From positions 42,532,001 through 42,596,000 of the forward strand of contig NC_083280.1 in the NCBI RefSeq assembly GCF_963506605.1: 64,000 nt of DNA. Reading direction: 5' to 3'. Made by a program: the position numbers and the translations under genes. Shown here in pieces: positions 12,845-24,687 of the stretch (its first letter is position 1; every line of letters begins with the position of its first letter). Origin of the DNA: Zootoca vivipara (taxonomy: Eukaryota). The notes under the pieces were generated by a model. It did no database searches. It was not told the DNA's origin and saw only the letters and a program-made list of their open reading frames with translations.

Positions 12845-14084
12845 CTATGGGGGAAGCAAAAAACGTAACAGTTGGAGGCAGCAATGCTTCTGAATGAAAG
12901 TTGCTGGAAACCACAGGAGGGGCAAGGGTTCTTCTACTCAAATCCTGCTTGCTGGCTTCCCACAGTCACCTGGGTGGCCACTGTGAGAGCAGGATGCCGG
13001 ACTAGATGGGCCATTGGCCTGATCCAAGAGGCTGTTCTGATGTTGCAAGACTAAGGAAGCAAGGCCCACCAGTCCTTGAAACAGTGGTAAATGAATCCAA
13101 GAGGGGTGCTACACAGATGGCCCCATCCCATTCCAGCTACCCAAATGCAAGAGGAACATGGAAGCTACGAGGCTGCATTTCCCCTCCTGCCTGGACCCCG
13201 AACAATGCTGGTATGCAGATCCCGAAATGCCTTAATGAGCAGCACAAAGGGAAAACACAGGGACAAGCAGTGAAGGCTGCCTGAAGGGGGAGAAGGGCAT
13301 CGCCCTTTCACATTTTCATGTAAACTTAGCTAAGTTGTTAAAAAAAATGAGACAGGGACAAGCTGAAAACATTACTATACTTTTAAGCACCAAACTGGAG
13401 AAAATTAAGCCAGGCACAATCTTTGAGGCTCCACATTTCAACAGTAGGTTCCAGGTGCACCTCCCCTTAACCAGCTGCAACTCAAAAGTTTGGGAACTCT
13501 GAAAAGTAGCAAGAAAGGGACAGAACAAGGATGGCAGCTGCCCTAAATAGACGTACCTGTGTAGGCAAAACAAGATTGGGAACAGGGTCTGGGAGGTTTT
13601 CATTCACGATGCATAGCTTTACCCCTTTCGAAATTTCTCTGCCACTCCCATCAGGACCTTACTTTGCACACTATGGCTTGTGGTCCTCCAAGTGTTGTTG
13701 GACGACATCACTGACCAGGCCAGCTGGCGCTGGTGGGGATCGGAGTCCAACAACATATGGAGGGCCGCACTTTCCATCATTCCCTATCCTACAGAAGACT
13801 GGGAGGGGTGGCGGAGAGATACATGGAACCACAACCAAAAGAAGCAAGATGGAAGTTTGTCTTCTGTGCTCTGGCCTGGGACACATTTCCTAGGACTGTA
13901 GATCTGGAATCAACGACGAAGCCACCAGATAATAAGACTGTTATGCAGGCCAGGATGAACTATGACCTCAGGCATTTCCAAAAGACAAAACAATACTCTC
14001 TGGGCACTTTGGATGAGCATATCAATTCTCATTCTACTTGGAAGTGGGCAACACAGACCCGTCTATTCTTCTACCATGCCTTAC

Positions 14085-14227
14085 CTCGGTACTAGTGGGC
14101 GTAGGTGTCCGGTCTGGCAGGGATCCAGACCCGACTTCTCCAGCTTCCAGCTCCACTGGCTCTGGAGTCCTAGAAACGGGCTTGAGGCCCAAACGCTGCT
14201 CTACAGCAGATTTCAGCTCCAGCAACA
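14085..14227 (-). CDS. ZFYVE27: Protrudin coding exon 6 (143 nt)
   Basis: VLLELKSAVEQRLG...LPDRTPTPTSTE; ccctAG / GTAAGG; phase fits both neighbouring exons. Confidence 0.88.
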
Positions 14228-14368
14228 CTAGGGAGGGACAGGAAAAGGGTAATGGTTGGACATTCATTAGAAGCTCGGAAAAGCCTTGCAGCAAACAGTC
14301 CAGGCTTTCAGCACTGGAGGAACAGCATGGCATTCAAGCCTATCTCCAAGCCAAACACCCAAGAAGTA

Positions 14369-14550
14369 CTGTATTTTCCTGCGTATAAGACTACGTTTTA
14401 ACCCAGGAAAATCTTCTCAAAAGTCAGGGATCGTCTTATACGCCAGGTCGTCTTATTTATACAGCGAGTATATCCCAAACTCTATATTTTAACTGGAAAA
14501 GTTGGGGGTCGTCTTATACGCCCAGTCGTCTTATACGCCAGAAAATATGG
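14369..14550. mobile_element. Tc/mariner (pogo/Tc2-like) MITE
   Basis: TA flanks; TIR CTGTATTTTC..GCGTATAAGAC / GTCTTATACGCCAGAAAATATGG; relatives near 28796-28966 and at 60793-60955. Confidence 0.8.
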
Positions 14551-15460
14551 TAGATACTGGCACACCAGCAACCAATGTCCAATGTAGCTCATGGTATTTA
14601 AAACACCAGCAGGCCTACCTGAATCCCTCCAGTTCTCTAGCACTAATCTCACTCCCAGACAGAACTGTCCATAACCCCATAGCTCCTCAGTAGACAAGGA
14701 AAAAGGCTATCTACCACCGCAGTAAATATTCTCCAGCACACATTTTCAGCACAAAACTCAGGAGACTGGAGTGTTCCCTGAACCCACCCCCATCTCCCCA
14801 CCCCCATTTACTTATTTGTGTTGTTTGGGGGTGGGCTGCAATTGTTTGCTGATATTCACAGCCCCTTGGCCACTGCTCCAACATCCTCACAAAGCCTATT
14901 CAAAGTGAGGCCAGAAAGCAGTGCCTTCACTCTGAGTGGGCACTGTGAAAAGAGCTGTGCTCTGAATAGGTTCATGCCTGTTTTCACTCTTTCCTGCCAC
15001 CATCCCACACAAACAAAATTCCAGAAGGAGATGCATTGAGGGCAAATGTTCACAACACACACCAAAACTGTTTTCCAGCAAAGGACTGTCTTCCTTGTGA
15101 TAACCCCCTGTTTTCTGCAACAGGCAGTTTATCCTTAGCGTATCAAGATCTGCTTCCCCACTGGGACACCTCTAAATGGAAAAGGCTTCCACTACCAAGC
15201 TGTGCCCAAGGAACAGAGCGACTTGAATGCTGGGGCAGCATTTATGTGACTGGGGCAGCTAGCAGCTACACACTGTGCCCTAATTTGGAATAAGATATGG
15301 TAGCAGCAGGGGTGGGTACAACACATATCCCTGCCTCACACAGGTCTACAGCAAAGAAAGCCTTGACCCTGGGCACCCTGTCTCCAGTCAGCAGCTGCAG
15401 CTTACTGCCTCAAGGTTCCAATGGAACAGAGGGGTGCAGGAGAGAAGAGCAATCTCTTAC

Positions 15461-15573
15461 CTTGATAAAATGCCACGTTACCCAAGAAAAGAGCATTATT
15501 GAGCAGCACAAAGACCCAACATAATGGCAGCAGGTACAGAGCACAAACGGAAGCCATCAGCATCCCATAAAAC
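15461..15573 (-). CDS. ZFYVE27: Protrudin coding exon 5 (113 nt, hydrophobic hairpin)
   Basis: FYGMLMASVCALYLLPLCWVFVLLNNALFLGNVAFYQ; cccAG / GTAAGA. Confidence 0.93.
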
Positions 15574-15754
15574 CTGGGCAAAAAAAGGAGCAGAAGGGGC
15601 ATGACACACCTGGGCATCAGGATGACAGCCAGGTGCCTTGAGAGCACCTCAAGCCTGTCCAGCCGCCCATCACTCTTGGATATGGAACAGAGAGCACCTG
15701 CTGGGAGCCTCTCTCCACCTGTCCTAGGATGGGGCCTGACAGGCTTCATAAGAA

Positions 15755-15787
15755 CTGCTGCTGCAGCTGCTGCTGCTGCTGCTGCTG
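15755..15787. repeat. (GCT)n trinucleotide repeat, intronic
   Basis: Direct reading. Confidence 0.9.
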
Positions 15788-16282
15788 TCCAGAAAGGACT
15801 GGGGTATTTTGGGGGAAGTTCTGTCTGGAGTTTTTACTGTTATTGATATGATTTTTTTGGTATCTTTATTTTTATGTGGAAACTGTTCAGTTTGGTTATG
15901 TAGGTTTTGATGTGTTTTGTTTATTTTTATGACTACTTTGCTATGTTTGTAACTATGTAAATCTTTTCATATTGTAAGCCGCCTTGAGCATTGTTTTAAC
16001 TGTGGAAAGGTGGCATACAAATAAAATGAGATGATGATGATGATGACATCACCTTCCTTTGTCTACCTTTCAAGCAAATAACCTCCCCTCAATCTGGGCA
16101 AACCTGTTCAGCCAGATGCAGCCAGATAGCTTCCCTATGAACACCAGCCATGATATATATGGCCATGGACACCTACCGTACCCAATATGAGGGGGGAGGC
16201 AGGAACCCCGGACCTCTGTAAAGTGACCCAGTAACCAAGCCTGCAACCCCCCCCCCAAAGCAGCAAGGCAGCAATGTCCCAG

Positions 16283-16884
16283 TGACAGGAGCGAGCTGAC
16301 AATAAATAACACCAAACAAGTTGGAGTTAACTCTTTATTAGCAAAAGCAGGATCTGCACAGGAGTGTCAGGCCTAATGAGCAATGCAACTCATCTCCGGC
16401 AGGTCTTGCCCCCATGAAGCAGTTGCTAAGACTGAAGGTCCCCATCTGCTCACATCTGCCTTAGTTCCCTCCTCTCCAGGGTTTCCCCCAAGCAATCTGA
16501 GACTGCACCAGCATGAAACTAACTTCTCCTCCACCCTTTTCATACCTCTTTCTGGGAGACCAGGGGGGAGGGGAGCTTGTCGCAGCAGGAGGGGGAGACA
16601 CCTTCCCCAGCCAGACTCTCTCTGCCTCTTGGCTTCCCTCCCCTCCTGCTTCAGCTTCTGCCCCTGATTCTGGATGTCTGTCTGTCACAGACTCTCCCAG
16701 CTCACTAAGCCCTGATACCTGTTCAGCTTCTGACACCTCCTCCTCCCAGTCTTCTCCCTCTGACCACTCATCATCATCATCATCATCATCCCACCACCAA
16801 TCCCAGGGCTCTGAGCCTTCTTCCCTTGCGGGTTCCCCAGCTGGTTCCTCCCACCATTCCTCTGCATCCAACCAGCCCAAGATA
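16283..16884 (-). mobile_element. Probable solo LTR in ZFYVE27 intron
   Basis: Minus-strand 3' end ...CCTGTCA and a degenerate 5' end; 5-bp flanks CCCAG/CCTAG; minus-strand AATAAA at 16334-16339; (TCA)n tract inside. Confidence 0.55.
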
Positions 16885-16921
16885 CCTAGCTCCCACAAAG
16901 CATTCCTAAGGCAACACTCAC

Positions 16922-17017
16922 TGTGAAGAGAGAGAAGGGTTCTCCCAGTAGATGACACGGTAGACAGCCTCACAACTGCCACACAGCCGGTTCAAGAGGG
17001 CCTCTAATTGGATTAAG
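16922..17017 (-). CDS. ZFYVE27: Protrudin coding exon 4 (96 nt)
   Basis: LIQLEALLNRLCGSCEAVYRVIYWENPSLSS; ttttccAG / GTGAGT. Confidence 0.93.
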
Positions 17018-19402
17018 CTGGAAAAGGAGATCACAGCAGAGTTAAACATGTTCCTCTGCTCACAACCTCACAGCCACTGCAGCAACCTATGCCCAAGCTG
17101 CTTCACAAATGGAGAAAAGTGATCCCCAGCCCCTCATTCAGTTCAAGACAATTGCAGGGAAAAGGCTGAAGTTCAAAACAGATTCCCTCATCCACACAGG
17201 GCATAGTCAGGATGAGCCCTGCATAGGATGAACTTCCTATGCCAGCTAGCTCCAGGCAGGCAAGTTGGATACAGTAAGCAACTGTGTAAGTTTAACAAAG
17301 GGGACAAAAGCCAGCATGATTTGGAGTCCAGCACTCTGTCTGTGGAGCATAGGAGACCCTGGGTTCACATCCACTGCTGAAGCAATTTTGGGCGTCTCTT
17401 TCCTATAGCCACAAATCTGAATAATGACAACTTCGGAGTTGCCACAAAACTAACAGTGCAATCCTAACCACGGCTTGCCTGGACCCTATATACTAAAGGG
17501 GCATGTAATAACATGGCACCTCTGCTCTTAACTTTCAGATGAAAGAATGCAGACTCCCATAAAGAAAGAGATTTGAGTTCACCAGCTACAACACAGTGAG
17601 TCATATGATGGATCGGTAGGCTATCAGGCTCTAACACCTTGTGCGAAATGCTGACAAAGTGCCTACTGGCATGGTCAACTTTGGGTAGGGAAGTAATGGG
17701 GAAAAGGGAGAACTTGCGCTTGGATTCCAGCTGTTTCTCCCTAAGTTGCAGGTCTCAAAAAATAAGCCACTTTCTGAATTCACAGCTCTGTGATAAAGTG
17801 TTATGTTCTGATAAAACATCGATCAGAGCAGCTAACCGCCAGTCCTTGACTTAGGGAAATTCTGGTGTCTTCTGAAATTTGACTTGCAAATCCTTGTCTG
17901 TACAGATACGCTGAAGTAATACAATATGTTAATTTTTTAAAAAACCCTATTTTTAAAATATCATCATCATCAAAATCCATTGTTTCTTAAACAAAAGGAT
18001 GCACCAGTAGTGTGTCTTCCTCATAAGTAGGTAATAAATGTAGTAAATCTGAAGTAACGGTTGCATTTAGTTGTGAATCAATATGTTTTAATAGCTCTAT
18101 CGAGCAGCAAAAACACCCATTTCTTGGGGAAAATAACTGTACAAATGGAAAAGTTGATTAAAATCAATGACTTAAAAATGAGGCTTCTTGCCTGGTGATT
18201 GAAATCGATCCACTGTCCTGGAAGGAGGAAGTACTTTGCGGCATGGGCAGGAGAGTCATGTAAATGCTTCGTAACTCTTCCTCCTAGAGCCACACTCCCA
18301 ACTAGCAAGGGTGCACAATGCCCCCAAAGGGTGAATAGCAGTAGTGCAGTAATGCACCTTGGAAGGTAGCTAACCTAGAGGAGGAGTCAGCACTGCTCTC
18401 CCAGAGTTTCTTAAAAGTGGGGTCACCACTATATTCCACACACACAACGTTAGTGTGCAATTATATTCCCCACAGTCATGACACAATTCTTGCCCCACAG
18501 CAATGCTGAAATGGGTAGCATCTGCAATATCATATGGACTATCCCTAAATATAGTCCCCAACCTTCCCCCTCAACCACTAAGATTTGACACAAACGCCTG
18601 GGTTGCTGGCCAACTGTGTAATGCATCTGTTAGAATGCTGTGGGCGGTATCCGTGATAAGGTCCATTTGGGAAGACACTGCCTGCCCACCCCCAAAAAAG
18701 CCTCCATGACACACACTGGCCTGTGCTAGTGCCTGTGCAGCTGTTTACTTAAACATTAAAAGATCAATTCTCTGCAGTTGTGCACAGCTCTTCAACAGCA
18801 CAAGTGCATGGTTGTTGGAAGAAGAAGCAGAAGAAGAAATGGATTATCGTGGCCTACTGGGCACAGCTTCAGAGCTATGTAGTTGTGCACCTGAAATATC
18901 ATTGTGTAAAAAAACACACACACAAATGATTGGGAGAAATAAAAACTCAAAAGGAAAAATCAGCTGGTCAAAAATAGATGAAAAAGTCATTGTTAAGTGA
19001 AGAGGCTGAAATCATGGAAAACAAAAGAAGGGAAATAATGGAATACCACACAAATTGTGAACAGAAAGACCACTAAATAGTTCTGCAGGCTAAATTGCTC
19101 CCACTATTCAGGGTAACAATTGCACATTACTTATCTACAATGGAAATATTCAAACAAAACACAGAAAAATTGTTACAAAAAAAAACCACAAGAGAAAAAC
19201 ACAATAAAGAGGTGGAAATCTCGATCTTGCAACGGGTTGACTATTAAGCCCAGTGGATTCAGAACGAGTGCAATATTCACCATCAGGAAAAAAATGTGTA
19301 GTGTGAACAAGAAGCCCAAGAAGCACCCCTCCAATCACATACTTCAAAGGGATCCACCTACGGGTCAACTCATTTTCTCCATCCTTCCCTAAGAGCACTT
19401 AC

Positions 19403-19589
19403 AAGCCCTTCACTTCAGCCACAGCCTCATGTCGTGCAAGCTGAACTTTCCTCACATCCTCACGCCGCACGCTGTGGTACCTACGACGTGCCAGCTCTTC
19501 TTCACTCAGGCGGATGCGGCAGGTCTCCTGCAGGTAGCCCAGCATGGCTGGCACCGAGATCAGTAGGACGCAAAGCCCATACCACGCAG
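19403..19589 (-). CDS. ZFYVE27: Protrudin coding exon 3 (187 nt)
   Basis: AWYGLCVLLISVPAMLGYLQETCR...RHEAVAEVKG; ttccAG / GTAAGT. Confidence 0.94.
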
Positions 19590-19674
19590 CTGGAATGAAA
19601 GGTGGGATAGATGCAGAGATCATTTTACCACCCCACTGTTTGGCCAGTCACAACACACCTGTACCACTATCACC

Positions 19675-19852
19675 TATATGGTAGAGCGTTTGCTTTGAAC
19701 AGAGAAGGCCCCAGTTTCGATCCCTGGTATCTCCAGGTAGGATGGGGAATGTCTTCTTTCTCAACACCTGGAAAACTGCTGCCAGTCACTGTCAACAATA
19801 ATGAGCTTGACATACCAATGGCCTGACTTGATATAAGGCAGCTTTCTATGTA
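19675..19852 (+). mobile_element. Degenerate tRNA-derived squamate SINE (Squam2/3-like)
   Basis: TGGTAGAGC A-box and GTTTCGATCCC B-box head; body ...ctgctgccagtc...ataaggcagctt; related to the 22377-22497 element. Confidence 0.7.
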
Positions 19853-20058
19853 CTACCCCATAAACCACCTGAAAGCAGGCCCATCTGCCTGCCAGTCACT
19901 CTATTCCCTTACTACCTCTCACAATTGGTACTGCTAGCCCTCATAATCTGCGCCCAATAACATATTCCATTCCCCACGGGATCAATCCCCCCATGGCTCA
20001 CATCGTACCTGAAAGGAGGCCTATTGGGTCCCCAGCACAAAGGTCCAACTTTTCTCAC

Positions 20059-20129
20059 CTTCACTAAGAGTCAGCAGCAGAAAGTTGAGGCCCAGGCAAG
20101 TAAGGAGGGAGCAGAGAGGCATCTGCCAG
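20059..20129 (-). CDS. ZFYVE27: Protrudin coding exon 2 (71 nt)
   Basis: WQMPLCSLLTCLGLNFLLLTLSE, with cacAG / GTGAGA boundaries. Confidence 0.93.
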
Positions 20130-20673
20130 CTGTGAAACATACATGATCAAGCATTTATTGCCACTCCCAAAGGATATTTAGCTGTACAAATGAGGTATGA
20201 ACATGAAAATGGTGGGGGTGGGAAGGGCAAGCCTAGGTTTAGGTCTCGGGTCATGGAGTACATTAACTTGCCTTGAGCACAGTAACACAGAAAAACGGTA
20301 TATAAATAAGAAATCAAATTAGATTGAATGAAGACAAAAGCAAGGTAAGGGCAGGGTATTTTTTAAAGGGGGGGGATGTTGCAATCAGCCACAGACACTA
20401 GCATAGTCACAAATGCAGCAGCATATCTTGTTTAAGCCCAACTGCACACAGTGTTTCCCATGCTGAATGCTTGGTATCTCTTAGAACAAGTGGAATTAAA
20501 TATTTGGCCAGGAGGACTCCTCTTCTCTCTTTTTTCTCCCACTTGTAAAAGTGAGACTCCCAAAGAGTCTGTGCTTTTCTGCCCTCCAACATGGCAGGAG
20601 ACAACAAAAAAAATTTCTCTAGCTCCACCACAACCATCACCCACAAGGTGCAACGAAGAAGCTGGGCACCAAC

Positions 20674-20876
20674 CTGAGGAGGAACCACACCCCTTCCGCA
20701 ATATCCTGCAGTGGTTCAAAGTACAGCTCCAGTCGCTTGTAGGATACTACTAGATTGAAGAGATCCAAGGAAGGGGGCTTGGGTGGCAAAGGAGAAACTG
20801 GCTGGGAATCGGAAGCCGTGGGGCTGTCCAGTCCATTCCCTGTGGTCGCTCCACCCTCACGCTCTGGAACCTGCAT
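20674..20876 (-). CDS. ZFYVE27: Protrudin coding exon 1 (ATG; Rab11-binding region)
   Basis: MQVPEREG...SLDLFNLVVSYKRLELYFEPLQDIAEGVWFLL. Acceptor ctacAG lies 1 nt before the ATG; donor AG|GTTGGT. Confidence 0.93.
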
Positions 20877-21779
20877 ACTGTAGAAGTGAAGGTCAAGAGG
20901 AACACAAAAAAATGAACAATAAAAATAGCCAACTCTTCCCCACCCCTAGTATGAAGGAAACAACAGAGATGACCTTTGGGAAGTGCAGTGCCCACATCCC
21001 TCTATGCAAAGGAACTGCATTCACTATGACTGGGCAAGTCATGAGAAACAGAGATACCTACAACAGGTGTCACTTTTCCCCCCACAACCTGCATGAAAGG
21101 GAGAGCCAACACACAAATCTCAGAATGTCCCAAGAGCTGCAGAGCCATGGGAAAGCTCCTCAAAAGCATCTCCTCCTTTTGCAAACAACAACTGCAGCTG
21201 CCTGGGAGTCAGGGTGGGGAAACGGCCCTTGTAACCCTATGCCATATACATCAAAAGGCATGCCAACAGTGTGCTAATTAATCTGGCCTAATAATTTATG
21301 TTATACACCCACAACTGCAAGCACATATTAAATATCTTTTCATAAACATGCATCAAAGGCACAGAGGGAATCCATTCTTGTAATCCTTTTTAGCTACTCT
21401 GGCAGGGCAGGTCCAGGGTGACAAGGGACAAGCAGCCCACATTAAGTGATACTCAGAATACAGCATCCAAGAATGTGGGGTGCATCTGCGACACAGGAGG
21501 AACACGTTCAGGTGGAGAGAGGAATGACCAGATCATTTTCTGCAACTTATTTGATATTGGCAATGTCACTACCTGGGTCACTCCGGATGAATCAAAAGGG
21601 GGGAAACAAAACAGCAAGGCCTGCTAGCTGAGCAGTTGGGAGGCAGGCAAAATGTCTTCCTCCAGATAAGGAGGTTAAAATTACCAGCCTCTTCTCTCCT
21701 CCCCCCCCCCCCAGGGACTCCTGCGCCATGGCAGGCAGAAATCCAGCAGGTGAAGCGCTCTCTATCAGAACCTCCCAGC

Positions 21780-22350
21780 GTAGGGTAAGCTTCATCTGCT
21801 GCACTTCCGCACATCGCGGCACAGCAGCCCCTTCCCGGAAAAGAAACGAAAAACGGGAATTCAGTTCTTGATGAGCTGGACCCCGGAGGCTCCGACGGAA
21901 CAAGCGCTCCGTTTGCGGGGCAGCCACAGAGCTCCGCCGGAGGAGGAGGCGCCGCCGGCTCGTCCCACCTACCTCTACACAAGCGGCCCACAAGCCCTAC
22001 GGCCCCAAATAGGGCGAAAGGGCGGAGCCTCCCCTTCCACGTCCAACCTCGACCTCACCCGTCTCGCCGACAAACGCCGCGGCCGCCGACACTTCCTGGA
22101 CAGAAGGACCCGGCTGTGCCTCAGCTCCGCTGCGCAGCGCACGCTTCAGGGAAGCGGCGGCCTGACCCGCCCATCTGAGACAGCCGGCCAATCAGAAGCG
22201 CGGAAAGCGGCCGCCGCCGCGCGCATCCTCTGCTGAAAAAGCTGCAGTTCCTATTGAGCAAGAGCCTCCCTCCGCCAGCCTATGGGAGCCTTCGTACTTC
22301 TTATTCGCCGCGGGCTGCTTTTTATAGGCTCAGTGATTGGTCCCTTCCCC
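21780..22350 (-). promoter_or_regulatory. ZFYVE27: ZFYVE27 CpG-island promoter and non-coding exon 1 (candidate donor at 22058)
   Basis: CpG-dense; minus-strand donor GG|GTGAGG at 22059/22058; ETS core ACTTCC near 22091; CCAAT box near 22188. Confidence 0.75.
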
Positions 22351-22376
22351 GTCTCTGAACCGCTTTTTCCGCCAGT

Positions 22377-22497
22377 AGTGCTGCCCACACGGACAGGCAG
22401 TGGCTTTCTAGGATTTGAGGCAGGGAGCTTGATGCCAGGAATTGAACCTGGGACTTTCTGGATGCAAAGCAGATGCCCTACCACTGAGCTCCGGCCC
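22377..22497 (-). mobile_element. tRNA-Ala-derived SINE head, 3'-truncated
   Basis: GGGCCGGAGCTCAGTGGTAGGGCATCTGCTTTGCATCCAGAAAGTCCCAGGTTCAATTCCTGGCATC followed by SINE body sequence; the acceptor stem does not pair. Confidence 0.7.
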
Positions 22498-22784
22498 TTC
22501 TGTAATTTGAGCTGCCTTGAATGCTATGCACTTTGACCTGGGTGTGGGGATCAATCGCTGTTCCACCTCAGACAGCAAAATGTCTTGGGCTGACCTGAAT
22601 CTTCCCAGAGGAACTCGCTGAAGTCCCAAAAGAGCTTCAGTAGCTCATAATATTCACTGAAGGTTATGGTATGCCAGGGAGCCTATGGCATGGCTTGTAC
22701 ATGCCCAGGGGAGATGGTGCAGGGACAGGGGGTGTGATTTTTCTGATCAGACTTGGGCACAAAGCAAGCTTCAGTGGTCCAAGA

Positions 22785-24227
22785 CATGGCCGTAGCCAGG
22801 ATTTATGTTAGGCAGGTGTTATAGAAAATTATATGGGGGGGGCAGGACACCATTATTAATGAACAGAGAGGGGTGACCGAATCTGACAGCTGCAATTACC
22901 CAGAATCCTGCGCAACGCCATCTTCCCCGTCTCCGCCTGCCTTAAGGAAGGCTTAAGGATCAGCATATGCAAACATTTCTCAACTTTAGCATAAGCTCAC
23001 ACATTTCCCCTCTCCACCTTCCCCTCCGCCCCAGAACAAAACAATTACAACGATTCACATTTTCAAGCCAGGGATACCCTGTTAATCCTTTAACAGGACT
23101 CAATGAGGTGTGGGTAAACATTGCAACGCTGACAGCCAAAATATACCTTTGTTGCAGCCTCCCAGACGATCTTTCCATGGAAGAAGGAGGGGGAAAGCCG
23201 CCCAAAAAACAAAGTGACAGTTCACTCACTAGTACAATCATTTAATAATGCAGCCCTTTATGATATGTCTCCTTATTATGTGCCCTTTTATACGTTTCTC
23301 TTATTATGTGCCTTTTTATACGTTTCTGGGAAACAGCCTTTTCCTTTAGTTTATCGCAACAGAACCTTTTTGCCTTACGCTAGAATCTCTCTGTATTAGA
23401 ATTGCTGTTTTGTATCTTAGAACCTTCACATATCAGGACTACTACATTTTCCATAGAATTCTCTGTATTAGGAAATGCTGCATGAACCGTGTATGACCCC
23501 AGCCCACCTGAACCTTGCCCCATCGCCACCCTGTATCAATTCAAAAGACACACACGGACAACAATGATGGATTAACTGGGACAGTTTATTCAAACTTCCA
23601 GAAATATCACCTTTTACATAATCCCAGGGATCATCCTTGTGTGACCTGGAGGAAAACACCTGCCGGATGGACCCCAACCTCTCCGCAATCACCAGGAACA
23701 GCCCCACCTCACAGCCCCACCATTGTTCCCTCCTGTCAAACAAAAAGAAAACCCATCAACAAAGGGAAGAGAACAAATTGACATTTCACCATATGAAGAA
23801 ATAGTCGTATCAACACCCAGTTAATCCCATCAGCACCCATTTTCCTTGTCTTTCCCGTCCCTCCCAGTCCAGGGATTTCCACATGGGGACAGAAGGGTAT
23901 AAAAGGGAGATGCACCATTTCCCGGGGTCCTTCCTACATTCTTTGAGGCAGGGGCCCTACAGCTGTAGTCTTTTCATTAATAAAGGATCAGTTTGTTGTT
24001 CCTGACAGCATCGTGTGGTCTCTGTCATTTCCCGGCGGAGCTGAACCTAGCGCAAATTTTGGAGCTTCCGACCCGCGTCTGTCCTTCCTAAAAGGCTGCG
24101 CATTTTAGGGGCATTTTTCCATAACAGAGGGAAGGCTTTATGTTAGGGGAAGCAGAAATTCAGTTAAGTATTTTTATTGATTTATTCGATTTAGGGAGGC
24201 AGCTGTCCCACACCAGCTACGCTCATG
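22785..24227. mobile_element. hAT MITE interrupted by a solo LTR
   Basis: TIR CATGGCCGTAGC...GCTACGCTCATG; 8-bp TSD GTCCAAGA/GTCCAAGG. Confidence 0.8.
22817..24126 (+). mobile_element. ERV-like solo LTR (1.3 kb)
   Basis: TG...CA ends with 11/12 inverted repeat (TGTTATAGAAAA / TTTTCCATAACA); 4-bp flanks CAGG/GAGG; TATAAAA at 23898 and AATAAA at 23979. Confidence 0.82.
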
Positions 24228-24378
24228 GTCCAAGGGGAGATTCAAGGAGGGAGGAACTGCAAATTCAAGTATGAAGCTAAAAGCAAAGATCTGCACCAGC
24301 AATAGAATGGAAATGGATTAAACACTTGTAAAATTGGGTAGCCTCAGGCCAGCTATCAAGGACCTGCAGGAGACAGTA

Positions 24379-24687
24379 ACGGTAAAGGTAAAGGTACCCC
24401 TGACCATTAGGTCCAGTCGTGACCGACTCTGGGGTTGCGGCGCTCATCTTGTTTTATTGGCTGAGGCAGCCGGCATACAGCTTCCAGAGCAGCACACAGA
24501 AAGGTCGTTTACCTTCCTGCTGTAGCGGTACCTATTTATCTACTTGCACTTTGAGGTGCTTTCGAACTGCTAGGTTGGCAGGAGCTGGGACCGAACAACG
24601 GGAGCTCACCCTGTCGCGGGGGGATTCGAACCGCTGACCTGATCGGCAAGCCCTAGGCTCTGTGGTTTAACCCACAGCCCGCGTCCC
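24379..24687 (-). mobile_element. Sauria (Squam1) SINE, internally deleted
   Basis: GGGACGCGGG head, (TTTACC)n tail, perfect 13-bp TSD GCAGGAGACAGTA. Confidence 0.92.

Noticed and set aside
22428-22497. Functional tRNA-Ala(TGC) gene
   Set aside because: The acceptor stem does not pair, and the sequence continues into SINE body shared with the 19675-19852 element.
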